Assembly (NCBI GenBank): GCA_003452915.1
Contig: DMMZ01000027.1
Span: forward strand, 10,273-74,272
Direction: 5' to 3'
Length of the DNA stretch: 64,000 bases
Origin: Clostridiales bacterium
GTDB lineage: Bacteria; Bacillota; Clostridia; Oscillospirales; CAG-382
Part shown: in pieces, positions 36,413-47,171 of the stretch
Layout of the letters: every line of letters starts with the position of its first letter
How positions within the stretch are numbered: the stretch's first letter is position 1
The notes under the pieces: generated by a model
What the model was told of the DNA's origin: nothing
The model's database searches: none
Seen by the model: the letters and a program-made list of their open reading frames with translations, nothing else
Position numbers and translations under genes: made by a program

Positions 36413-37519
36413 ATGTCTAATATAGAGTATATGAAAATAGCTATTGAAAATGCCAAAAAAGGGTGCGGTTATGTAAATCCGAACCCTATGGTTGGAGCTA
36501 TTATTGTAAAAAACAAAAAAATAATCGGCTCTGGTTATCATGAAAAATATGGCGGTTTACATGCTGAAAGAAATGCTTTAGAGTCTTGTACATGCTCCCC
36601 ACAAGGTGCAACGATGTATGTAACCTTAGAGCCTTGCTGTCATTATGGTAAAACTCCTCCTTGTACAGAGGCAATTATTAAAAACAGTATTAAAAGAGTT
36701 GTTATCGGCTCAAAAGATCCTAATCCTCTTGTAGCAGGAAAAGGGATAGAAGCTCTTATTCTAAACGGTATAGAAGTAATCACGGGTGTATGTGAAGAAG
36801 AATGCAATAAATTAAACGAAGTTTTTTTTTACTATATCAAGACGAAAACACCTTTTGTCGTTATGAAGTACGCTATGACCATTGATGGAAAAATTTCAAC
36901 ATATACAGGATGGTCAAGATGGATTACAGGTGAAAAAGCGAGAGAACATGTCCATCAATCGCGACATAGATATACTGCAATTATGATAGGAGTAAATACA
37001 GTAATATCCGATGATCCACTACTCACCTGCCGATTACAAAACGGTAAAAATCCTGTTAGAATTATCTGTGATACAAATTTACGAACACCACTTAATTCTA
37101 AAATTATAAAAACTGCAAACGATATTTCTACCTATATTGCCACTGCCTGCACTGATGTTGAAAAGCAAAAACAATTCATTAATTTTGGTTGCAAGCTTCT
37201 TATAATACCTAAAAAAGAAGAACATATTGATCTAAATGTCTTAATGTTGCGATTAGGCGAGCAAAATATAGATAGTGTTTTATTAGAGGGCGGATCAACT
37301 ATAAATTACAGTGCATTGCAAGCTGGTATCGTTAAAAAAGTACAATGTTATATTGCGCCAAAAATATTCGGAGGTAACACTGCAAAAACTCCCGTAGGAG
37401 GACTTGGTATTGAATTACCTGACAATGCATTTTTGCTAAAGGATAAACAAATAATATTTTTGGATGATGATATTTTAATTGAAGGCGAGGTAATACAAAA
37501 TGTTCACAGGTATAGTTGA
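36413..37519 (+). CDS. ribD: Bifunctional riboflavin biosynthesis deaminase/reductase RibD
   Basis: Deaminase zinc motifs HAE...PCxxC (GGLHAERNAL, TLEPCCHYGKTPPC) and a C-terminal reductase domain. Confidence 0.93.
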   Translation: MSNIEYMKIAIENAKKGCGYVNPNPMVGAIIVKNKKIIGSGYHEKYGGLHAERNALESCTCSPQGATMYVTLEPCCHYGKTPPCTEAIIKNSIKRVVIGSKDPNPLVAGKGIEALILNGIEVITGVCEEECNKLNEVFFYYIKTKTPFVVMKYAMTIDGKISTYTGWSRWITGEKAREHVHQSRHRYTAIMIGVNTVISDDPLLTCRLQNGKNPVRIICDTNLRTPLNSKIIKTANDISTYIATACTDVEKQKQFINFGCKLLIIPKKEEHIDLNVLMLRLGEQNIDSVLLEGGSTINYSALQAGIVKKVQCYIAPKIFGGNTAKTPVGGLGIELPDNAFLLKDKQIIFLDDDILIEGEVIQNVHRYS

Positions 37520-38147
37520 AGAAATAGGTAAAATTGTAACTATGAATAAAGGACGCAATTCCTCCGTCCTAACCATAAGTGGTAAAGTGATATTTGGAGA
37601 TTTAAAAACCGGCGACAGTGTTGCTATAAACGGAGTTTGCTTGACAGTTACAAATCTTACAGGCAATACCTTCACAGCTGATGTAATGAACGAAACACTG
37701 AGCCGTAGTTCACTTGGAACTCTAAAAATCGGGAGTTTTGTAAACATAGAAAGAGCAATGCCTTCAAACGGTCGTTTTGGTGGGCATATAGTGTCGGGAC
37801 ATATTGACGGAACGGGTACAATAATCAAAATTGAAAAGGACGATAATGCGATCTGGTATACAATAAGCGCTAAAAAAAACTTGTTAAAATATATTGTAGA
37901 AAAAGGATCGATTGCAATAGACGGTATCAGCCTTACAATAGCCAAAGTAACTAACGAAGACTTTAGTGTTTCTATAATACCTCATACCGCTAGAGAAACA
38001 ATATTATCTAAAAAATCAGTACAGGATATTGTTAATTTAGAAAATGATATTATTGGAAAATATGTTGAGAAATTAATTGGGGTTGATAATAAACAAAAAT
38101 CCCAAAGCAAAATAACAAAGGAATTTCTTTTGAAATCAGGATATTAA
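37500..38147 (+). CDS. ribE: Riboflavin synthase alpha subunit
   Basis: MFTGIVEEIGKI...INGVCLTV...IDGISLTI, the duplicated lumazine-binding repeat. Confidence 0.93.
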   Translation: MFTGIVEEIGKIVTMNKGRNSSVLTISGKVIFGDLKTGDSVAINGVCLTVTNLTGNTFTADVMNETLSRSSLGTLKIGSFVNIERAMPSNGRFGGHIVSGHIDGTGTIIKIEKDDNAIWYTISAKKNLLKYIVEKGSIAIDGISLTIAKVTNEDFSVSIIPHTARETILSKKSVQDIVNLENDIIGKYVEKLIGVDNKQKSQSKITKEFLLKSGY

Positions 38148-38162
38148 ATAAGGAGAAATAGT

Positions 38163-39362
38163 ATGTTTAAGTATAACACAATTGAAGAAGCATTGCAGGA
38201 TCTACGGGAAGGCAGAATTATACTTGTTACAGATGATGAGGGCAGAGAAAACGAAGGTGACTTTATCTGTGCGGCTCAGTTTGCCACAACCGAGAATGTA
38301 AATTTTATGGCTACTTATGGTAAAGGTCTTATCTGTATGCCAATGAGCGAAGAAATCGCAAAGAGGTTGCAGTTACCCCAAATGGTTTCTGAAAATACAG
38401 ATAACCATTTAACTGCCTTTACCGTATCAATAGATCATATTAGTACTACCACAGGCATATCAGCTACCGAACGGTCTGTAACGGCATTAAAAAGTGTAGA
38501 TGATGATGCAAAGCCGGAAGACTTTCGCCGCCCGGGGCATATGTTCCCTCTTTTATCCAAGAAAAATGGCGTTTTAGAGCGTGATGGACATACAGAAGCA
38601 ACTGTTGATTCAATGCGGTTAGCTGGATTAAAAGAATGTGGTCTTTGTTGTGAGATTATGAATGATGACGGTAAGATGATGAGAACGCCTGAGCTTATAG
38701 AATTAGCCATTAAATTTAATCTTAAATTTATAACAATAAAAGATTTACAAGCATACCGAAAGAAAAATGACCAGTTAGTAGAACAGATAGCGGTAACAAA
38801 GATGCCTACCAAATATGGTAATTTTAATGCTTATGGATATATTAATACACTCAATGGCGAGCATCATGTTGCACTAGTAAAAGGCGAAATAGGAGATGGT
38901 AAAAATATACTCTGCCGTGTTCATTCAGAGTGCTTAACGGGAGATGCTTTTGGATCTGCTCGTTGTGACTGTGGCGAACAATTTGCTTCCGCTATGAAGC
39001 AAATTGAAAAAGAAGGTCGAGGAATATTACTTTATATGCGTCAGGAGGGTCGTGGCATCGGGCTGATAAACAAGTTAAAGGCATATGCCTTACAGGATAC
39101 AGGACTTGATACTGTACAAGCAAATATTGCTCTTGGGTTTAAGAATGATTTACGCGAATACTATATCGGTGCACAGATACTTAGAGACTTAGGTGTTAAA
39201 TCATTAAGGCTGTTAACCAACAATCCGCAAAAGGTATATGGAATTTCCGACTTCGGTATAGATATTCTTGATAGATTACCTATACAGATGGACATCACGA
39301 CACATGACGAATTTTATTTAAAAACAAAGCAGAATAAAATGGGACATATATTAAATTATTAA
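38163..39362 (+). CDS. ribBA: Bifunctional DHBP synthase / GTP cyclohydrolase II
   Basis: [12 protein letters not shown] (RibB) and [19 protein letters not shown] (RibA zinc site). Confidence 0.95.
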   Translation: MFKYNTIEEALQDLREGRIILVTDDEGRENEGDFICAAQFATTENVNFMATYGKGLICMPMSEEIAKRLQLPQMVSENTDNHLTAFTVSIDHISTTTGISATERSVTALKSVDDDAKPEDFRRPGHMFPLLSKKNGVLERDGHTEATVDSMRLAGLKECGLCCEIMNDDGKMMRTPELIELAIKFNLKFITIKDLQAYRKKNDQLVEQIAVTKMPTKYGNFNAYGYINTLNGEHHVALVKGEIGDGKNILCRVHSECLTGDAFGSARCDCGEQFASAMKQIEKEGRGILLYMRQEGRGIGLINKLKAYALQDTGLDTVQANIALGFKNDLREYYIGAQILRDLGVKSLRLLTNNPQKVYGISDFGIDILDRLPIQMDITTHDEFYLKTKQNKMGHILNY

Positions 39363-39382
39363 ACAAAAGGGAGAATATTAAA

Positions 39383-39856
39383 ATGAAGACTTATGAAGGT
39401 AATTTTGTATCAAAAAACATTAAAGTTGGTATTATTGCTGCACGATTTAATGAATTTATCACAGCAAAATTGTTAGGTGGTGCATTAGATGCTTTGAAGC
39501 GCCACGAGGTTGAGGAAAAAAATATTGACGTTGCATGGGTTCCCGGAGCATTTGAAATCCCGCTAATCGCCTCAAAAATGGCAAAAAGCGGAAAGTATGA
39601 CGCTGTTATATGCTTAGGTGCCGTAATCCGAGGTAGCACCACTCATTATGATTATGTTTGTAGTGAAGTATCAAAGGGTATTGCGACTGTATCTTTAAAT
39701 AGTGGCATCCCTGTTATGTTTGGCGTGCTTACTACCGAAAACATAGAACAGGCAATTGAACGTGCTGGCACCAAAGCTGGGAACAAAGGATTTGACAGTG
39801 CGGTTTCTGCCATTGAGATGGTAAATTTGATCCGTGATATTGAAGCGCAAAAATGA
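39383..39856 (+). CDS. ribH: 6,7-dimethyl-8-ribityllumazine synthase
   Basis: 157 aa: [11 protein letters not shown]...VPGAFEIPL...[15 protein letters not shown]. Confidence 0.95.
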   Translation: MKTYEGNFVSKNIKVGIIAARFNEFITAKLLGGALDALKRHEVEEKNIDVAWVPGAFEIPLIASKMAKSGKYDAVICLGAVIRGSTTHYDYVCSEVSKGIATVSLNSGIPVMFGVLTTENIEQAIERAGTKAGNKGFDSAVSAIEMVNLIRDIEAQK

Positions 39857-39870
39857 AGTAAATAATAATG

Positions 39871-41268
39871 TTAACGAATTATTTTTGATAACGTTTTTAT
39901 TGCAGGCTCTACTTTTGCAACATCAACACCAGAATAGTTAATAATTACCATGGATTTTATTGCATTCTCCTGCTTGTAACAGTACTGTGACAAGCAGGAA
40001 ATTTTTATATTATTTATTTTCGCTTGATGAACTATTTCTTCATCACTCATATCTGTTTCAAGCTTCAAAATTAAATGTAGTCCAGAGTTCTCCTCTAAAA
40101 TATCGATTTTACTTTCAAGAGAGCTGGATCTAATAACTTTTATTATTAGATCTCTCTTAAGTTTATATAATTTTCTCATTCGATTAATATGTCGTTCGAA
40201 ATAGCCATTTTCTATAAATTTTGCTAGGGTATATTGTTCGAAGCTTGAAACAGTACAAGAGTAAAAGTCCAGTTCCTCTTTATATTTCTTAGCGAGTGAA
40301 CATGGCAGCACCATATAACTTATACGGATAGCAGGAGATATGGTTTTTGAGAATGTGTTAATATATATCACTTTGTCTTGTACATCGATACTTTGCATTG
40401 TAGGAATTAACTTCCCTGTAAAGCGAAATTCGCTATCATAATCATCCTCGATAACATAACGATTAATTTCTTCGTTTGCCCAATTTAATAGCTCCTGGCG
40501 TCTCTTTATCGGCATTACAATCCCAGTCGGGAAATGATGTGATGGAGAAATATGCACAATATTGACGTCACTCTTTTTTAATTCTTCAACAGATATTCCG
40601 TATTTATCAAGGCTTATATGTCTACAACTTACATTTTCTTTTTTATAAATTTGAGTAATTTTTTTATACCCAGGGTCTTCAACTGCATATATATCATCTT
40701 TACCAAGTAATTTAACAAGCAGCCCATATAGATATTCTGTTCCTGCACCAATTATAATTTGTTCTGGCAAGACTAACATTCCTCTGAAGTGATGTAAAAA
40801 AACTGCAATAGCATTTCTTAGTTTTAAAACTCCTTCAATAGGACTTTTGCGGAGTAGTTCACTATCGCGTTCAGATAAAACATCTCTCATTTGCTTTGAC
40901 CAAATAGAAAAAGGAAAATTACCGATATTGATACTATTTTCACAAAAATCAATATAATACTCATCAGTATTTTTATTTAATTGTTTTACCAAAACATTCT
41001 TATTAGAAACTGTAGTATTAAACCACTCTAAATCAGACGCATAATATCCGCTTTTTTCACGAGAATAAATATACCCCTCAGACAAAAGCTGTAGATATGC
41101 ATTTTGTACTGTCATAATACTTACTTTTAAGTGCTCGGCAAGATTACGCTTGGATGGCAGCTTCTCGTTTGATTTTATTGTTTTGTTTTCAATATCTAAT
41201 TTTATACAATTATAAAGATAGATATATATTGGTGTGCTTCCTCTGCTTTCGATATTGTAGGTTAACAT
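39871..41268 (-). CDS. pdxR: MocR/GntR-family PLP-dependent transcriptional regulator (PdxR-like)
   Basis: N-terminal GntR wHTH (LPSKRNLAEHLKVSIMTVQNAYLQL) plus an aminotransferase-fold domain. It is divergent from pdxS-pdxT, the arrangement described for PdxR. Confidence 0.8.
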   Translation of the reverse strand: MLTYNIESRGSTPIYIYLYNCIKLDIENKTIKSNEKLPSKRNLAEHLKVSIMTVQNAYLQLLSEGYIYSREKSGYYASDLEWFNTTVSNKNVLVKQLNKNTDEYYIDFCENSINIGNFPFSIWSKQMRDVLSERDSELLRKSPIEGVLKLRNAIAVFLHHFRGMLVLPEQIIIGAGTEYLYGLLVKLLGKDDIYAVEDPGYKKITQIYKKENVSCRHISLDKYGISVEELKKSDVNIVHISPSHHFPTGIVMPIKRRQELLNWANEEINRYVIEDDYDSEFRFTGKLIPTMQSIDVQDKVIYINTFSKTISPAIRISYMVLPCSLAKKYKEELDFYSCTVSSFEQYTLAKFIENGYFERHINRMRKLYKLKRDLIIKVIRSSSLESKIDILEENSGLHLILKLETDMSDEEIVHQAKINNIKISCLSQYCYKQENAIKSMVIINYSGVDVAKVEPAIKTLSKIIR

Positions 41269-41381
41269 TGTTTTCTCTCCTATATAATCTGGTATTATTA
41301 AATATTAGTAAAATGGATATTTTGATAATATCATAATGTATTATAATATATATAAACAAATAAGTAAAGGAGATATATAAT

Positions 41382-42257
41382 TTGTTAAATGAAAGATACA
41401 GTTTAAACAGGGAGCTCGCACAAATGCTTAAGGGTGGTGTTATTATGGATGTTACAACACCCGAACAGGCAATAATTGCCGAAAATGCAGGTGCATGTGC
41501 AGTCATGGCTTTGGAAAAAATTCCTGCAGATATTAGGGTTGCAGGAGGTGTATCTCGAATGAGTGATCCGAAAATGGTAAAAGGAATACAACAAGCAGTG
41601 TCTATTCCTGTAATGGCAAAATGTAGAATCGGACACTTTGTAGAAGCGCAGATACTTGAAGCAATTGAAATTGATTATATTGATGAAAGCGAAGTTTTGT
41701 CACCAGCAGATGATATTTACCATATAAATAAAACAAAATTTAATGTTCCTTTTGTTTGTGGTGCTAAGGATTTAGGAGAAGCTTTACGCAGAATAAATGA
41801 AGGAGCTGCTATGATTCGAACAAAGGGTGAACCAGGCACAGGTGATATTATACAAGCTGTTCGACATATGCGTATTATTCAAAGTGAAATTAGAAGACTT
41901 ACTTCAATGAGTGAGGACGAGCTCTATAATGCAGCAAAACTATTACAGGTCCCATACGATTTAGCACTTTTTGTTCATAAAAATGGTAAACTTCCTGTTG
42001 TGAATTTTGCCGCTGGTGGCATTGCAACTCCTGCCGATGCCGCTCTTATGATGCAGCTTGGTGCTGAAGGAGTTTTTGTAGGTTCTGGAATATTTAAATC
42101 TGGAAATCCAGAAAGAAGAGCTGCGGCTATAGTAAAGGCTGTAACAAATTTTAATGATCCTATGATACTTGCAGAAATATCAGAGGATTTAGGAGGAGCC
42201 ATGGTTGGAATCAATGAAAGTGAAATAGCTCTTTTAATGGCGGAGCGTGGAAAATAA
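41382..42257 (+). CDS. pdxS: Pyridoxal 5'-phosphate synthase lyase subunit PdxS
   Basis: [34 protein letters not shown]...[35 protein letters not shown] start 9 nt after AAGGAG. Confidence 0.95.
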   Translation: MLNERYSLNRELAQMLKGGVIMDVTTPEQAIIAENAGACAVMALEKIPADIRVAGGVSRMSDPKMVKGIQQAVSIPVMAKCRIGHFVEAQILEAIEIDYIDESEVLSPADDIYHINKTKFNVPFVCGAKDLGEALRRINEGAAMIRTKGEPGTGDIIQAVRHMRIIQSEIRRLTSMSEDELYNAAKLLQVPYDLALFVHKNGKLPVVNFAAGGIATPADAALMMQLGAEGVFVGSGIFKSGNPERRAAAIVKAVTNFNDPMILAEISEDLGGAMVGINESEIALLMAERGK

Positions 42258-42832
42258 TGAATATTGGTGTCCTTGCTGTACAAGGTGCATTTGCTGAGCA
42301 TATCAAAATACTTGAAAAGCTAAATGTTAATAGCTTTGAAATTAGAAAAAAGAATGATTTAAATAAGTATTTTGACGGATTGATTTTACCAGGCGGAGAG
42401 AGCACAGTAATGGGAAAGCTCCTCATTGATTTTGATATGATGAATACGATAAGAAATTATATAAATAATGGGTTGCCTGTTTTCGGAACTTGCGCAGGAA
42501 TGATTTTACTTGCAAAAGAATTAGAAAACAGCAACATATCACACCTTGCAACAATGGATATTACAGTTATACGTAACGCATACGGTAGACAGCTTGGTAG
42601 TTTTAATACAATATCAGAATTTAAAAACGATACTCTGATAAAGATGCCTTTTATAAGAGCACCGTATATTAAATTTGTAGGTAATAATGTTGAAGTTTTA
42701 TCTATAGTAAACAGAAAAATTGTAGCGGCACAGCAGAATAATCAACTTGCAGTCGCTTTTCATCCCGAACTTACCAACGAAACGATTGTACATGAACATT
42801 TTTTAGAAATGGTAAATAATAAACGATTATGA
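42257..42832 (+). CDS. pdxT: PLP synthase glutaminase subunit PdxT
   Basis: IGVLAVQGAFAEH...LPGGESTVMGKL...GTCAGMILLA...FHPELT. Confidence 0.95.
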   Translation: MNIGVLAVQGAFAEHIKILEKLNVNSFEIRKKNDLNKYFDGLILPGGESTVMGKLLIDFDMMNTIRNYINNGLPVFGTCAGMILLAKELENSNISHLATMDITVIRNAYGRQLGSFNTISEFKNDTLIKMPFIRAPYIKFVGNNVEVLSIVNRKIVAAQQNNQLAVAFHPELTNETIVHEHFLEMVNNKRL

Positions 42833-42877
42833 TGATGAACCCGTGCATTCATTAGCATATAAGAAAGTCAGTTTGAT

Positions 42878-42903
42878 AAAGAGCCGGTAAATATCGGCTC
42901 TTT
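42878..42903 (+). terminator. Hairpin after pdxT (weak T-run)
   Basis: AAAGAGCCGgtaaatatCGGCTCTTT. Confidence 0.5.
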
Positions 42904-42904
42904 A

Positions 42905-43036
42905 TACCATACAAAATACCGCTCGGAAAGTGAGTTTCGTAAAGCTGTCGATAATTACATGGAATTTTACAATACAAAACGACCTCACCGAAAGCTAAAA
43001 TACAGGTCACCGGATCAATCAGAGTCCGATTTTTGA
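42905..43036 (+). mobile_element. IS3-family transposase (OrfB) C-terminal fragment
   Basis: Translates as YHTKYRSESEFRKAVDNYMEFYNTKRPHRKLKYRSPDQSESDF*, the typical end of IS3/IS150-type DDE transposases. It has no start and no upstream part. It begins with the 32-nt segment repeated at 49855..49886. Confidence 0.75.
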
Positions 43037-43250
43037 CTTAAACAAAAGGTGATCGAGTATGGGTTCGAAAGTTAACGTTTTTGATATTTTATTATATGTT
43101 TTAAGATTTTTCAGAAATCATTTCCAATTTCATGTTGATAAATAAAACGTCTGTAGTTCGCATGAAATAAGGAAAAATAGAAAAATAGTAGTTGATGTCC
43201 AAACCTCAGGGGTTCGGATTTCAACTACTGTTTCGTTATTATAAATCAGA

Positions 43251-44477
43251 TTATATAGAGCGTTTGTCTTTATTAATTTTCTCATAAATAATTGCTCCGA
43301 ACCATGACAAAATAGGATTAAATATAACTCCAAGTGCAGTCAATAGTATAATGATAATTCTACTTTTTATATTCTCGATTAGTATAATATTTTTTATACC
43401 CGTATTTATAAACGGAATAAAAATCCCAAACAACAGAACAGTCCATACAAGAGGGGGAAATGATAAATACTTTATTGGAATAGCAGTAATGCCCACAATA
43501 GTACCCATAATGCCAAGTATAATGGCTGAACAACGCATAGGACGCTTCATCATATACAAAGGTATTAAAAAACTTCTCCAAAGTGATCCTGTTTGTGCGC
43601 CGCCGAATAAACCACCTATAATATTTCTTATAGATACCGCAGTAAATGATCTATTAACATTTAAATCCTCTTCTTTCTTATCTTTCTTTTTTAAATCAGA
43701 ATTAATTATTGCTTGAATTGATAATGTATCTATTGTCCAAAGAAAAACAACAAAAAGTGCAAACGGGAATGTTTTTAAAATTGTTTTTAAATTAAAGCCA
43801 AAGCCAATTCCCCATATATCTTCCCACCAATAAATAGGGTTAAATTGAATTGAATTAAAGGACGAGAAGGAAGACGTTGTTTCTATACCGAAAATCCAAC
43901 CATACAAAAGTGATATACATGCTGCAATGGGAATAATAAGCCAAGCTTTTTTAAAAATAAGCAAGAAAATATATATCATGCCAAGTGAGATAATAAGCAA
44001 GAGCAATGGTACAAGCCGATTCCCGAAAAATAAGCATAATCTTTGAACACATAAAAGCACACCGGAAATCCCGAATATAAGGGTCACGCTGGTTTTGCAA
44101 ATATAACCGGAAAGAGAAAGTAACTTCTTAAATACATTGGTTTTTATGCTTATGATTCCTATCATGCCAATAAAGATGCTTAAAATAAAAGGGTGTACGC
44201 CAAACCCTGCCATTGTCGGGATAAGTACGATCAAGGGTGCGAGCGTCCCTACCGGAGCTGTATTGGGAATAAAAATCGCAATTATAAGAGTAATTAAACT
44301 TCCAATAATCAACTCTAATCTTACATTGTCAAAAACAAAATTAGGTGTGCTTATCCCAAGCTCCTTTGCCCAAACAAGTGCAAAGGATGATACAAGAGCT
44401 ACTTTACCTATTAATCCCCCTAAAGCCGGTATTAAATCCAACAAGAAATTTTTAATAAAATTTATTATTTTCTTCAT
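43251..44477 (-). CDS. Polytopic membrane protein, putative permease (family not identified)
   Basis: 408 aa with about 11-12 predicted TM helices. Its start lies 8 nt downstream of the stop of the 44485..46365 gene, so co-transcription is likely. Confidence 0.7.
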   Translation of the reverse strand: MKKIINFIKNFLLDLIPALGGLIGKVALVSSFALVWAKELGISTPNFVFDNVRLELIIGSLITLIIAIFIPNTAPVGTLAPLIVLIPTMAGFGVHPFILSIFIGMIGIISIKTNVFKKLLSLSGYICKTSVTLIFGISGVLLCVQRLCLFFGNRLVPLLLLIISLGMIYIFLLIFKKAWLIIPIAACISLLYGWIFGIETTSSFSSFNSIQFNPIYWWEDIWGIGFGFNLKTILKTFPFALFVVFLWTIDTLSIQAIINSDLKKKDKKEEDLNVNRSFTAVSIRNIIGGLFGGAQTGSLWRSFLIPLYMMKRPMRCSAIILGIMGTIVGITAIPIKYLSFPPLVWTVLLFGIFIPFINTGIKNIILIENIKSRIIIILLTALGVIFNPILSWFGAIIYEKINKDKRSI

Positions 44478-44484
44478 GATGCTC

Positions 44485-46365
44485 TTAATATTTCATAGGA
44501 ATTAAATCGGAATACTCCTCAACCGGAGCGTTGTTTAAAAACATTTGTATAATTTGTTGTCCCAGAGGATCCAATAAAGGAGTATTGAATTTCTCAACTT
44601 CCTTTTTAAAAAATTCGGTTAAGATTCTTGCTCCTTCATCATAGCCTTCATTTCCTACCTCTGCCTGCATTTCGGGTTGTAAAAAGGCCTTTCTTATGTA
44701 TTGACCGTCTACTTTCAATGATTCTAATGTATAACCTAATAAAGAACAACGGGCTTGTTTTAGATGCTCCACTTTAAATTTTGCACTACCTCTACGGGCT
44801 ATATATTCTCTTGCAATCCATTGAGGCATAAAGCCAACCTTATAAGCACCAATATGCTGATTAGGAATAAGAACATATCTTGTATTGGTAGAGCTAACGA
44901 TTTGCTCCAATAATAGGTTTGCTTGTTCTACCATTTTTCCGGTTGCAAACGGCCAATAGGAGCCGACACCTTCACTACTCATTCCTACAGAGGTAGTAAT
45001 GCTTGGGTTATTATGACCCCTTGGAGCAACAAGTCTCCATAACCATGCAAGAGCAGGTGGTAAAATATGAAACATGCCTAAAATGCCGTAAGAAGGGTTT
45101 TCTTTTGTGCAAGGTGGTGTTCTTACTCCAAAGCTTCTTACATCAACTTCGACAGGCTCATTAATTACATTTGGAACCAATCGACGAGGTAAAATAACTC
45201 TTGGATTAGGGCATGGAGTCCCATCTGAATCTATTGTATGCTCCCATACAAGGCATGTAGATTTTGCAATTCCTTGGATATTCAAAAATATCAGTGGCTC
45301 AGACGGCTGTATAAATATTTTTTCATATTTTGGAGTTGTACCATAGGCTTTGATATGATCTAATCTTAAAAACCAGCCTTGCTCGGCATCCTTAACAACA
45401 AGCTTCTTACTTTTATTTTGCATTTTTGGATGGCAAAGTGCCATATCATCGGTTACTGGACGAAGCTCGCAGGTTTCTTTAAGCTCAATATAGTTTATCT
45501 CTCCGGTTACAGTATTTTGCCCTAAAATAATTCGTCCGTCAAATTCCTTGTGTATATTTTCTATCATTTCACTTTTCCCGCCGCCAGATGCTCCCTCATG
45601 CATAATTACAATTTCATTGTCATAAGGAGTAATTACCTTAACGGTTGAGGCATGAACGGTAATCCAGCCTTCATTTTCACCAATGTTCAAAAGAACTCCG
45701 TAAATACCTTTTTTTGCACTGGGTCCCGGGTATAGATTATAGGAAAACAACTCATGGATTTTTTCCAGTCTATTGTGAATTACAATTTGCTTCCCATTAA
45801 AATGTGTATGCCTAAAGGGTGGAGCAAGAAAAATAATTGCTTTTGGGCAGAAGTTTTTAGTTATGTCCTTTATGCTGATAAAACCTTGCAAATCTGCAAG
45901 ACCGCATGCAAAAAAAGCTGCATTGACAGGGGCAATAAGAAGTGAATCATAGCCATATTCCTGACCACCCGATTTGAACGGAAGTATTATAATCCTTTGC
46001 TTTTTTAACCATTCAAAGGTCGCATCTCTTAATGGCTCAAAATCCTCATTGTAGATATCATCATATTTTGGTTTATCTGTATCGTTATCATCTGCGACCA
46101 ATAAGCAGTCCGGGTCACGTCTTCTCATATAGTCATCCGGATAGTTTACAACAGCACCATTTTTACAGCGAGTAACGCTTGCTTCGGTAATTTTTCCAAA
46201 CCCTTCTACCTCGTATTCAACACTAAAAAAGTCATTTTCCTTATTTCCAAAGGCAAGAGCAATAATCTCTTCTCTTGTTTCGGGGAAAATAACCTCACTG
46301 CTACTTTCAATGATTTCAACAACATAATTAGGCAATTTAAATTTATTCATAAAGTTTTTCATCAT
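44485..46365 (-). CDS. PEPCK/HprK-fold P-loop protein of unknown function (DUF4914-like by memory)
   Basis: 626 aa. GPSAKKGIYGVLLNIG ... VHASTV ... IMHEGASGGGKSEM parallels the PEPCK kinase-1a region, but the P-loop is the HprK-like GxSGxGKSE rather than the PckA GLSGTGKTTLS. Confidence 0.6.
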   Translation of the reverse strand: MMKNFMNKFKLPNYVVEIIESSSEVIFPETREEIIALAFGNKENDFFSVEYEVEGFGKITEASVTRCKNGAVVNYPDDYMRRRDPDCLLVADDNDTDKPKYDDIYNEDFEPLRDATFEWLKKQRIIILPFKSGGQEYGYDSLLIAPVNAAFFACGLADLQGFISIKDITKNFCPKAIIFLAPPFRHTHFNGKQIVIHNRLEKIHELFSYNLYPGPSAKKGIYGVLLNIGENEGWITVHASTVKVITPYDNEIVIMHEGASGGGKSEMIENIHKEFDGRIILGQNTVTGEINYIELKETCELRPVTDDMALCHPKMQNKSKKLVVKDAEQGWFLRLDHIKAYGTTPKYEKIFIQPSEPLIFLNIQGIAKSTCLVWEHTIDSDGTPCPNPRVILPRRLVPNVINEPVEVDVRSFGVRTPPCTKENPSYGILGMFHILPPALAWLWRLVAPRGHNNPSITTSVGMSSEGVGSYWPFATGKMVEQANLLLEQIVSSTNTRYVLIPNQHIGAYKVGFMPQWIAREYIARRGSAKFKVEHLKQARCSLLGYTLESLKVDGQYIRKAFLQPEMQAEVGNEGYDEGARILTEFFKKEVEKFNTPLLDPLGQQIIQMFLNNAPVEEYSDLIPMKY

Positions 46366-46400
46366 TATAACCTCTCTCTGAAAGAAATATATTAGGAATT

Positions 46401-47100
46401 TTAAAGATCCTCTCCTAATAAACGCTTTAAAACCTCTTTGTAGGCATCTTCAATACCACCTAAATCTCTTCTAAATCTGTCTTTATCGAGCTTTTCACCT
46501 GTATTACTATCCCAAAAGCGGCAAGTATCCGGTGAGATTTCATCGGCTAATATAATTTTTCCGTCAGTTGTTTTTCCAAACTCTAACTTAAAATCAATAA
46601 GCTCAATATTAAGGTCTTTAAGATAGTTTTGCAGTAGTTCATTAATTTTAAATGAATAATTTGCAATTAAAGTAAGCTCCTCATTCGTAGCTAGACCAAG
46701 TGCAGCAATATGATAATTATTAATTATAGGGTCGCCTAAGGCATCATCCTTGTAGCAATATTCAAGAACGGTTTTTGAAAGCTTTGTTCCTTCCGGCAAT
46801 CCTAAACGTTTCGAAAGTGAGCCTGCCACTATATTGCGAACAATTACTTCAATTGGTATTATTATGACTTTTTTTACCAGTGTTTCTCTTTGAGATAGTT
46901 CTTCAACAAAGTGGGTTGGAATATCATTTTTCTCAAGTAATTTCATTATTATTAATAACTCCTTTTCCTAATATCGTTCCTTTTTTCTCGCCGTTAAAAG
47001 CGGTGGCATCATCTTTGTAATCTACTATGTATAATTCGGGATTTTCTGTTGTGTATACCTTTTTTGCTTTTCCCTCATATATTTGTGTTAGTTTAGTCAT
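46401..47100 (-). pseudogene. purC: SAICAR synthetase PurC, disrupted (frameshift/deletion near 46933-46946)
   Basis: N-fragment [55 protein letters not shown]. The C-fragment is in another frame: (M)[42 protein letters not shown]... Total length is 700 nt, not a multiple of 3. About 6 residues of the conserved helix between the NN and GIPTHF blocks are missing. Confidence 0.75.
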
Positions 47101-47171
47101 TTTAATTCTCCTCAATTTATAATTTATAACCTTCTTTAAAAACATTTAGATTTATATCAATAAATTTCTTA

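Noticed and set aside
41269-41381. PdxR operator repeats in the pdxR-pdxS intergenic region (TGGTATTATT / TGGATATTTT, and the palindrome GATATT..AATATC).
   Set aside because: The matches are short and A/T-rich, so they are expected by chance in this composition. I do not remember the PdxR box well enough to support a call.
43130-43333. 67-aa minus-strand ORF downstream of and overlapping the end of the permease gene.
   Set aside because: It overlaps the 3' end of a better-supported gene and its terminator-like hairpin, and it has no RBS.
44485-46365. Initial call as ATP-dependent PEP carboxykinase (pckA).
   Set aside because: The P-loop is GASGGGKSE (HprK-like), not GLSGTGKTTLS, and I could not find the PckA-specific blocks. 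I kept it as a PEPCK-fold protein of unknown function.
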